A stretch of DNA of 32,000 bases from an uncultured Nitrososphaerota archaeon (GTDB lineage Archaea > Korarchaeota > Korarchaeia > Korarchaeales > Korarchaeaceae), in NCBI GenBank assembly GCA_964480775.1, contig CAYZRF010000004.1:1-32000 (forward strand). Direction: 5' to 3'. The notes under the pieces were generated by a model. That model saw only the letters and a program-made list of their open reading frames with translations. It did no database searches and was not told the origin of the DNA. This document shows positions 20,335-27,679 of the stretch, one piece after another (the first letter of the stretch is position 1; each line of letters opens with the position of its first letter). Both the position numbers and the translations under genes were made by a program.

Positions 20335-21287
20335 CTTTTACCCATCTCCGAGAGATAGAACGTACCAATCCTTATAGCTAGTTTTGCAACATCAACCGCA
20401 GTATCGGCAAATAGATACACTGTAGGTTCTATGCCAAAGGCTCCAGGATCTATTATCGCATCAGACTCTGGATATTTGAGGAAAATCCTTTCTATCTCCT
20501 CAAAAAGCTCACTATCTCTTGTCTCTACGGGTAAGCCTTCCCTCCTTGATACCTTCTTATAGCTTAGCGCAAGCTCTGTGAGTGCGGATTCTATTCCGGT
20601 AGTGTATTTTATGTTAATCACGGCTCCTTTATTGCTATTCGCTCTTCTAGCCGCTCTTAAGACTTCTCCGTTATGGGAAGATCCTCCAAGTTCAGGAGAT
20701 GAAAAAGCCTTTAGTCTACCATGATATCGCACTATTCTGCCCGGTATTCCGACGATTTTTTCCGAAGTCTCATCTGCGATCCTAGCTATGTTTATGCCAA
20801 CTTGGGGATAGAGCTGGATTAACTTCTCAGATTGACTCTCTATTATGTGAACAGCATCTTTTACGTCGTTTATCACGTCAGGTGTTATTATCCCGGATTC
20901 CAGCCACATGCATATGCTGCATCCCTTGCCTAAGGAGGGAAGGACATTGTAATGGATCTGACAGAACTCTCCTTTCAACTTCATGTCCTTACAGTACTGA
21001 CATATCAGTTCTACCGCAGTTTTTGCATCCCAATTAGTTTTTAGACGTCTAACGATCTCTTCCGCAAGCTTCTCTGTTTCCTTCCCAAACCAAGTAGATT
21101 TCGGCTCTCCTCGGACCAGCTCGCTAACAACAGGTTGGGTCACTCCGAAGAGTTCTCCGATGTCTTTTTGTCTGTATCCGGCCTTCCATAGCTTTTTTGC
21201 AACCCTAATCTTAAGATCTGAAAGAAAGTTGCGTTCAATTATCTCACAAGGAGTCCTCAACTCAATCCACCCAGAAGCCCCTAACAT
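20331..21287 (-). CDS. HTH DNA-binding domain fused to a ThiN (thiamine-phosphate synthase-like, COG1992) domain; ThiR-like putative regulator
   Basis: 318 aa. HTH: YRQKDIGELFGVTQPVVSELVRG. Cys-rich linker: CQYCKDMKLKGEFCQIH...GCSICMW. ThiN-like core: PQVGINIA...GIPGRIVRYHG...GGSSHNGEVL...GAVINIKY. Confidence 0.65.
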   Translation of the reverse strand: MLGASGWIELRTPCEIIERNFLSDLKIRVAKKLWKAGYRQKDIGELFGVTQPVVSELVRGEPKSTWFGKETEKLAEEIVRRLKTNWDAKTAVELICQYCKDMKLKGEFCQIHYNVLPSLGKGCSICMWLESGIITPDVINDVKDAVHIIESQSEKLIQLYPQVGINIARIADETSEKIVGIPGRIVRYHGRLKAFSSPELGGSSHNGEVLRAARRANSNKGAVINIKYTTGIESALTELALSYKKVSRREGLPVETRDSELFEEIERIFLKYPESDAIIDPGAFGIEPTVYLFADTAVDVAKLAIRIGTFYLSEMGKS

Positions 21288-21329
21288 GTGAGCCCTGTTT
21301 TGTAATTAAGTTACAGTCTCCGATCAATA

Positions 21330-21435
21330 TGGCGCCGGGGGTGGGATTCGAACCCACGCGGCCCGAACGGGCCACCGGATCTCGAGTCCGGCCCCCTTCT
21401 TAGCCGGAACGAGCCTCTGGCTAGGGCACCCCGGC
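21330..21435 (-). tRNA. tRNA-Ser(CGA) with a ~12-15-nt insertion in the D-loop; CCA is encoded
   Basis: Reverse complement: GCCGGGG TG CCCT [AGCCAGAGGCTCGTTCCGGCTAAGAA] GGGG G CCGGA CTCGAGA TCCGG T GGCCCGTTCGGGCC GC GTGGG TTCGAAT CCCAC CCCCGGC G CCA. Long variable arm, discriminator G, anticodon at 21382-21384. The D-loop is 26 nt (21397-21422), against ~11-14 nt normally. Confidence 0.8.
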
Positions 21436-21457
21436 CCAATGATCAAATTCAGGAAGG

Positions 21458-21465
21458 TATATAAT
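21458..21465 (-). promoter_or_regulatory. TATA box upstream of tRNA-Ser
   Basis: The minus strand reads AATTATATACC, ending ~22 nt upstream of the tRNA 5' end. Confidence 0.45.
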
Positions 21466-21537
21466 TACTTTCTGCCATGTTAAAACCGTATAGAAGTTAT
21501 AACCTCTGCTAACTCTATAAATTCGGAAGATAGTGAA

Positions 21538-22998
21538 GTGTTCCGCATGGAAACCAAAGATCTAAAGGTTATCATTAAAGAATTCGCTGAAAAAGGAGTG
21601 ATAATATCCCCAGAAGCCCTCAGTCTCTTAAAAGAGGTTGATTACAGGGTTTTTCTTGAAAATCTACACTTGTTAGGAGAGGAGATAGCGGTTCTCCTTC
21701 CTAGTCACCTAGAAGGAATTAAGCAGGCCTTAGAGGAGAGAGATTCGGGCAAAGATAAAGCTAAATCCGATCAAGTAGTAGTTGAACTGGAATCTGATGT
21801 TGAGGTAGAGGAACTACCTGAAGTCAAGCCCGTAAAAGGAGAACTCAAGGAATTTATAGAGTACTTCCTCTCCAGGTATGAAAGGATTTCGAGTCTGTTT
21901 GGTGAGAATTTTTGCAAAAGAGCGAAAAGCATAGCCCAGGTGAAGGTCGCTAGAAAGGGCGATAAAGCTCTAGTAATTGGGCTTGTGCGACAGAAGATAG
22001 AAAGCAGGGATAAAAGACTTCTAATTCTCACAATAGAGGACAAAACTGGTTCTATGCCAGCGTTCCTTCCGCCAGAATACAAGAGAATTGGGGAGAGAAT
22101 TACTTTAGATCAAGTCATAGCTTTGAAGGGAACGACAACTGGAAACGGAGGATTGAACGTTGAGAGGATAATTCAACCAGATGTTCAGGATCATGAACCC
22201 AACAGGGCTGAAAAAAATGTTAAAGCCGTATTAATCTCGGATCTTCACATTGGAAGCATGTACTTCAATGAAAAGGCTTTCAACTCTTTTGTCAAATGGT
22301 TGCAAGGGCCGCAAGCAAGATTGATAAAATATCTCATAATAGCTGGCGATCTTGTGGATGGGATAGGTGTATATCCGAATCAAGAGGAGGAGTTAATGGT
22401 TACAGACATTTTTGAACAGTTCAAAATGGCATCCGAGCTCTTATCCCAGATACCCGAGCACATAACTATGATATATGTCCCTGGAAACCACGAGCCAGTA
22501 AGACAGGCGGAACCGCAGCCAAGTGTGCCAGAGCACTACTGCTCCCCGCTACTTGACATAGGCAGGAAGATAATGCTTCTTCCTAATCCTTGCTACATTA
22601 AACTTAGTGGTGTTAGGTTCCTGATATACCATGGGCGAAGCTTAAACGCGATATTTAAGCACGTTCCTGGGCTTCAGCCCATTTCTACGGATACAGTCCC
22701 TCAAGCTATGAAAGAACTTCTCAAAGCAAGATCTTTAGTGCCTATTTATGGAGAGAGTCCTATTGCACCACAGCCATTTGACTGGCTGGTTATAGATAAG
22801 GTTCCTGATGTTTTTCACGCAGGCCATATTCACGTTTATGGAGTAGATGAGTACAAGAGGGTGAAGATAATTAACTCTGGAACCTTTCAGGATCAAACTC
22901 CTTACTTAAGGGGGATGGAAATTACTCCAACCACGGGAACAGCCGCTGTCATAAACCTTAGGACTCTGGACGTAAAGATTATGCGATTTCCCCAATAA
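21538..22998 (+). CDS. dp1: DNA polymerase D (Pol II) small subunit DP1 (calcineurin-like phosphoesterase / exonuclease subunit)
   Basis: 486 aa. Contains VLISDLHIGS, YLIIAGDLVDGIGVYPNQEEEL, VPGNHEPVRQAEPQP, IYHGRS, LLKARSLVPIYG, VPDVFHAGHIH and NSGTFQDQT, all characteristic DP1 blocks. GTG 21538 or ATG 21547 start. Confidence 0.9.
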   Translation: MFRMETKDLKVIIKEFAEKGVIISPEALSLLKEVDYRVFLENLHLLGEEIAVLLPSHLEGIKQALEERDSGKDKAKSDQVVVELESDVEVEELPEVKPVKGELKEFIEYFLSRYERISSLFGENFCKRAKSIAQVKVARKGDKALVIGLVRQKIESRDKRLLILTIEDKTGSMPAFLPPEYKRIGERITLDQVIALKGTTTGNGGLNVERIIQPDVQDHEPNRAEKNVKAVLISDLHIGSMYFNEKAFNSFVKWLQGPQARLIKYLIIAGDLVDGIGVYPNQEEELMVTDIFEQFKMASELLSQIPEHITMIYVPGNHEPVRQAEPQPSVPEHYCSPLLDIGRKIMLLPNPCYIKLSGVRFLIYHGRSLNAIFKHVPGLQPISTDTVPQAMKELLKARSLVPIYGESPIAPQPFDWLVIDKVPDVFHAGHIHVYGVDEYKRVKIINSGTFQDQTPYLRGMEITPTTGTAAVINLRTLDVKIMRFPQ

Positions 22999-24189
22999 TT
23001 ACCTCAACGCAACAGAGCCCAGCAGCTTCAAAGCTCGTTCCGGTGAGACAATTATCGAAGTTACAACTTTCGTGTTTCCATAGGCACCGCCATAACTCAT
23101 CTTGGTTTCTATCAAACCTTGAGAGGCCAATTCATTTATGATCCCGCTCACTCTCCTCATTGTCAAAGGTTCTGCCATATGCATTCTCGCTATAGTTAAG
23201 TAACTCCTGTAGATCTTTCCGGTTCCAGGCCTTTCATCACCAGATGCCAGCAACTTGGCTATTGCTAAAAGAACAAATCTGTGGTGTAAAGGTAGAGACC
23301 TTATAGCCAAACCAAGTTCTTGCTCACTAACAGCATCCATGGCTTTCTTTGCATGTTCTACAGTGAGTTTAATGCTATTCTCTTTCTCTGCTATTTCTGC
23401 AGCCATCCTTAATACATCTATGGCCCTCCTAGCATCCCCGCTTTCCCTTGCGACCTTAGCTGCTACATAGTTTATAGCTCCTTCCTCCCAAGTTCCGTCC
23501 CTTAAACCTAATCTAGCACGCTGAAGAAGAATTGCTTGAAGTTCATCTGCATTGTAAGGGGGGAAGTATATAACGGCTGGATTGAAAGAGCTTCTAGCCC
23601 TTTCATCAAGACGATCCAAAAAGTTGACCGTATTCGCTATTCCAACGATAGTAAGCGACGTTGAATCTTCATCTAAATCGGAATTTATTCTCGATAAGCT
23701 GTAAAGGAGCCTATCGCCTCTCTTCGAGGGGATATCAATTTCGTCGAGGATAACGACCAAGCGGATGCTTGACCTGGATAATGCCTCAAAGAACCTGTCA
23801 TATAAAACATCAAAAGGGAGCCCGCTTGGAGGCACTAGGATTCCAAAAATCCTATTTAGCTTGTAAAATACCCTATAGGCCGTGTTTGCCCTCGAACAAT
23901 TTATGTACTCGAATCTAATGAAGCTATCCTTGAATTCAGCCTCTTTTCGTGCCAAAATCTGTTTAACCACAGCAGTCTTACCAGTTCCTGTCTTTCCAAT
24001 GAAAAGGATGTGGGGAACTGGCTCATTATAATGTAGAGGACTAAGCAAGGCTTCAAATTCCTCAATCTGGGATTCTCTCCCAGGGAGTGTTGGGGGTAAA
24101 TAGCTTTCCCTCAACACCCTTTTATCTCTGAAAATTCTTGAAACAATACTAGGATGCCCAAAGGGCAGTGTTTCCATTCTATTTGTCAC
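22999..24189 (-). CDS. cdc6: Orc1/Cdc6 replication initiator (AAA+ plus winged helix)
   Basis: 396 aa. Walker A GKTGTGKT, Walker B VVILDEID, sensor region GIANT, and GDARRAIDVLRMAAEIAE, typical of Orc1/Cdc6. The likelier start is ATG 24177, 8 nt after AGGTGA. The ORF opens at GTG 24189. Confidence 0.92.
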   Translation of the reverse strand: MTNRMETLPFGHPSIVSRIFRDKRVLRESYLPPTLPGRESQIEEFEALLSPLHYNEPVPHILFIGKTGTGKTAVVKQILARKEAEFKDSFIRFEYINCSRANTAYRVFYKLNRIFGILVPPSGLPFDVLYDRFFEALSRSSIRLVVILDEIDIPSKRGDRLLYSLSRINSDLDEDSTSLTIVGIANTVNFLDRLDERARSSFNPAVIYFPPYNADELQAILLQRARLGLRDGTWEEGAINYVAAKVARESGDARRAIDVLRMAAEIAEKENSIKLTVEHAKKAMDAVSEQELGLAIRSLPLHHRFVLLAIAKLLASGDERPGTGKIYRSYLTIARMHMAEPLTMRRVSGIINELASQGLIETKMSYGGAYGNTKVVTSIIVSPERALKLLGSVALR

Positions 24190-24529
24190 CTATTGTTAAA
24201 GTATTTTACAGATGAACCCTTGGGGTTCTATATAGCTTTGAGTCCTTTGCTTATTAAATTTCGAGATATCTGAATAGGTTAAAACGGTCTAAAACTTGTA
24301 ATGCGATATGTTGATAGATATATCTGAGACGTGAAATAAGGGTCCCTATTGAAGAAGCTGGATATATGAAATTATATAGAGAGGAGCATTTCAACTCCAA
24401 ACTCAATTACGTTGTATAAGTTTCGAGTAGAAACAAAGGAAATAGGGATTTCAATACAAATTATTTTTCTACTTTACAAGTTCACGGACCTGAAAGAATG
24501 GACCCACACTTGATTAATATATCGATTGT
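24190..24529. other. Candidate replication origin (oriC) / cdc6 upstream region
   Basis: The longest non-coding gap in the window, AT-rich, directly upstream of orc1/cdc6. Inverted 8-mers TCCCTATT (24343-24350) and AATAGGGA (24441-24448) flank an AT-rich core. Three boxes are related: GAAATAAGGGTCCC, GAAATAGGG and GAAAGAATGGACCC. Confidence 0.4.
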
Positions 24530-25291
24530 TTACAGAGCCAACCCGCTTCTCTTTAGATAAATGAAGAATCCTAAGGAGACTATCAGATAAAGTGAAGCAA
24601 TAACGTCATTTACCGATATCCTGTACTCCCAATAACTCGTTCTTTTTCCTGATCCAAAGGCTCTGCTCTCTAAGGCCTCTGCAAGTTGTTGTGCTCTTCT
24701 AATTGCGATAACTACAAGAGGTATTAGAATTGGTATCATGTTTTGAATTCTCCTGAACAAGTTTCCCTTAGAGAGTTCAAGACCTCTAGATTCCTGAGCA
24801 GCAACAATGTTCTGAGCATCCTCTGCTAGGACGGGAATGAATCTAAGCGCCATCACAAATGAAAAGGATAAGTATGGCGGAAAACCCAGACTATCTAGGA
24901 GGTCCCCTATCTCTGTAGCATCGGTTGATGCGAAAAAGGCTGCTGACAGAATGAGCATCGACACCAATCTCAACCCCATAGCAATGGAGAACTCAACATC
25001 TCGACTAAACAAGTAATTTGTCAGGATGATTATCAACAGAAAGAATAAGGATCCTTTTACGAGTTTTCCTGTCTCTCTTATGGATTTAGAGAGTAGCACG
25101 AGAGGTATCAGAATACAAACAGATAATAGCTCGCCCTCGAGGCTTCTGAATAGCAGAGGAACTACCATAAGACCCCCTATCACAAGAGTTCTGATTCCTG
25201 GATGGAGCCTTGAAAGCCATGACTTTTCAACTCTCGGCCTAAAGGCCTCCAGGAATGCAAATGGATCCATTAACCACGAACCCTCCTGCAA
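24530..25291 (-). CDS. ecfT: ECF transporter transmembrane (T) component, EcfT/CbiQ family
   Basis: 253 aa, multi-TM. It has the two conserved xRx(F/L)G coupling motifs (AAQESRGLE and ALESRAFG). It follows two ECF-type ATPase genes on the same strand. Confidence 0.82.
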   Translation of the reverse strand: MQEGSWLMDPFAFLEAFRPRVEKSWLSRLHPGIRTLVIGGLMVVPLLFRSLEGELLSVCILIPLVLLSKSIRETGKLVKGSLFFLLIIILTNYLFSRDVEFSIAMGLRLVSMLILSAAFFASTDATEIGDLLDSLGFPPYLSFSFVMALRFIPVLAEDAQNIVAAQESRGLELSKGNLFRRIQNMIPILIPLVVIAIRRAQQLAEALESRAFGSGKRTSYWEYRISVNDVIASLYLIVSLGFFIYLKRSGLAL

Positions 25292-26094
25292 AGTTCTTCT
25301 CCAATTTCTGATGGATCCATCAGCTCTGTCCTACCTAGCAATTTAGATAGCTTAAGGGTTAGAGGTGGCTCAATTCTAACTGATCTAAGCAGATCGTCAT
25401 CAACAAATATCTCATTGAACAATCCGGAAGCAACGATCTCACCGTTTTTCATCAAATAGGCAAAATCTGGCTTAAGATCTAGCAGCCAATCTATGTCATG
25501 CGTTACTATAATTAATCCGCGTCCCTCTTCCTTGAGTTGGTGAAGGAGTTCACGAAAAGAAGCTTTAAACCACGCGTCCTGACCGATGGTTGGCTCATCG
25601 AACGCGATATACTTTGGCTTTACGGAAATAACGGAGGCTATCGATAGCTTCTTCATCTCTCCTCCGCTTAACGTCCACGGGGGTGCGTCTTTGTACGGAA
25701 GAAGGCCTGTGACCTCAAGTGCCCATTTTCCAGCTTCGAGCACCTTATCTTCCGGGAATTCAAAGTTTCTTGGCCCGAATATTACTTCCTGCCAAACAGT
25801 CTCCGAAAAAATCTGGTGCGCTGGATTTTGGAACACAAGACCAACGTGTCTTGCAAGCTCTGCTACGCTCGCTTCCTTCGTATTTATTCCATCAACTAGG
25901 ACATCTCCTTCAAAATCTCCCTTGTAGAAATGGGGTATCAAGCCATTCAAAAGCCTCAAAAGGGTCGATTTCCCAGCCCCATTTGGTCCAACTATGGCGT
26001 ATATTTTCCCAGGTTCAAATGCAGAGCTAACTCCGATTAAAGCAGCCTTACTTGCTCCTCTATACGTGTAGTTGACATCATTTATTTCTATCAA
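25270..26094 (-). CDS. ecfA2: ECF transporter ATPase component (second ABC ATPase)
   Basis: 274 aa. Walker A GPNGAGKST, Q-loop, signature LSGGEMKK, Walker B YIAFDEPT, H-loop VTHD. Confidence 0.88.
   Translation of the reverse strand: MIEINDVNYTYRGASKAALIGVSSAFEPGKIYAIVGPNGAGKSTLLRLLNGLIPHFYKGDFEGDVLVDGINTKEASVAELARHVGLVFQNPAHQIFSETVWQEVIFGPRNFEFPEDKVLEAGKWALEVTGLLPYKDAPPWTLSGGEMKKLSIASVISVKPKYIAFDEPTIGQDAWFKASFRELLHQLKEEGRGLIIVTHDIDWLLDLKPDFAYLMKNGEIVASGLFNEIFVDDDLLRSVRIEPPLTLKLSKLLGRTELMDPSEIGEELCRRVRG
25821..25980. repeat. 160-bp exact repeat, copy A (inside ecfA2)
   Basis: Base-for-base identical to 26653-26812 by my alignment of the printed sequence. Confidence 0.95.
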
Positions 26095-26932
26095 TTAGGC
26101 CACCTACAATCTTCTCTAAGAAAATACGCTCGTCTAGAGTAGGCTTAATCCAGTCGACTCCCCTCATGTTTAACTCATTCCAGACTTCAACTATCCTTAG
26201 AGGCTTTATCCTGCACTTTTTTAGAAGTTTTAGGTCGAACAACAACTCATCTGGCCTTCCCTCTTTGATAACGGTTCCATCTTTCAATATTACAACCCTG
26301 GTTGCTACGTTGGCAATTAATTCGGCCCTGTGTTCAGTAACTATTATGGTCTTTCCACTCTCATGAAGCTCCTTGATGACTTCTATCAGTGTTCGTGAGC
26401 TATAAGGATCCAATTCAGATGTCGGTTCGTCTAAAACCAAGTACTTAGGCTCCATAACAAGGACTGAGGCTAGGGCTACTATGTGTTTTTCTCCTCCAGA
26501 AATGTTGTATAGCGGCTTGTCCTTTAGATGTTGTATCCTTAGGATGTTTAAATATCGCTCAATCCTTTCTCTCATCTCCTCTCTTGAAATTCCGAGATTC
26601 TCAAGACCAAATGCGATCTCTCTCTCGACTGTGAGGGCGACTAATTGATTATCTGGATTTTGGAACACAAGACCAACGTGTCTTGCAAGCTCTGCTACGC
26701 TCGCTTCCTTCGTATTTATTCCATCAACTAGGACATCTCCTTCAAAATCTCCCTTGTAGAAATGGGGTATCAAGCCATTCAAAAGCCTCAAAAGGGTCGA
26801 TTTCCCAGCCCCGGTAGCTCCCAGTATAAGGAGGAATTCGCCCTCTTTGATCTTCAGATTGAGGTTTCTGACGGCTTTCTCCTTGCGACCTTCATATCTG
26901 AAACTTACGTTCCTTAGTTCGATGGCTTGCAT
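26078..26932 (-). CDS. ecfA1: ECF transporter ATPase component (first ABC ATPase)
   Basis: 284 aa. Walker A GATGAGKST, signature ISGGEKH, Walker B YLVLDEPT, H-loop VTEH. Confidence 0.88.
   Translation of the reverse strand: MQAIELRNVSFRYEGRKEKAVRNLNLKIKEGEFLLILGATGAGKSTLLRLLNGLIPHFYKGDFEGDVLVDGINTKEASVAELARHVGLVFQNPDNQLVALTVEREIAFGLENLGISREEMRERIERYLNILRIQHLKDKPLYNISGGEKHIVALASVLVMEPKYLVLDEPTSELDPYSSRTLIEVIKELHESGKTIIVTEHRAELIANVATRVVILKDGTVIKEGRPDELLFDLKLLKKCRIKPLRIVEVWNELNMRGVDWIKPTLDERIFLEKIVGGLIDRNK
26653..26812. repeat. 160-bp exact repeat, copy B (inside ecfA1)
   Basis: Base-for-base identical to 25821-25980. Encodes GAGKSTLLRLLNGLIPHFYKGDFEGDVLVDGINTKEASVAELARHVGLVFQNP in both genes. 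Confidence 0.95.
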
Positions 26933-27001
26933 TCAGCTATCGTCAAGATAACAGATATCAAAAATTTTAATATCATGAAATCTTTCATCGTTAGGATCTG
27001 T

Positions 27002-27679
27002 ATGCCAGCAAAGAGAAGAAAAGGAGCAAAGAAATGGTACGCAGTTTACGCTGCAGACGTGATACCAGGAGAGTGGATTGGCGACGCCCTTGCCTCAGAT
27101 CCAGGAGACCTCATTGGAAGGCAGGTTGAAGTTACCCTTAGAGACATCACAAACGATTTCGATCATGAGAAGTACAAGCTTTGGTTCAGAATATATAGAG
27201 TGGATGATAACCGTGCCTACGCCAAATTCGCAAAGGAAATGCTCAATTACGATTATGTAAGATCACTTGTTCAAAGAAGAAGTAGCAGAATTGACGTTAT
27301 GACTCAGGGAATGACCAAAGACGGGCACTTCGTGAGAATCTTTAATCTTATTATCACTTCCGTTCGAGTAAGGCACAGCCAGGAGAGAGCCATTAGAAAG
27401 AGGGTTCTTGAATATGTCCAGAACGTAATAGGCGAACTGACTTTGGAAGAGCTTGTACGGTCAGCCCTTCTAGGAGATCCGTTGGACCTTAACGGTGAGG
27501 TTAAGAAGATAGCGACGAAAATAGCACCTATCAAGAACGCTGATGTAAGGAAAATTGTTCTACTCAAGGCAGGAGAAGCTGAGCCAGAAATGGAAAGGGT
27601 GATTGCAAAGATTGAAGGGGTTCCTGTTAGCGGCGGGGAAGGGGAAGAGGCTAAGACCCCTGACATTCCTGCATCCTAA
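27002..27679 (+). CDS. rps3ae: 30S ribosomal protein S3Ae (S1e)
   Basis: MPAKRRKGAKKWYAVYAADVIPGEWIGDALASDPGDLIGRQVEVTLRDIT...KLWFRIYRV is typical S3Ae. Start taken at ATG 27002, with TTTTAATAT ~30 nt upstream. The ORF track opens at 26927. Confidence 0.88.
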   Translation: MPAKRRKGAKKWYAVYAADVIPGEWIGDALASDPGDLIGRQVEVTLRDITNDFDHEKYKLWFRIYRVDDNRAYAKFAKEMLNYDYVRSLVQRRSSRIDVMTQGMTKDGHFVRIFNLIITSVRVRHSQERAIRKRVLEYVQNVIGELTLEELVRSALLGDPLDLNGEVKKIATKIAPIKNADVRKIVLLKAGEAEPEMERVIAKIEGVPVSGGEGEEAKTPDIPAS

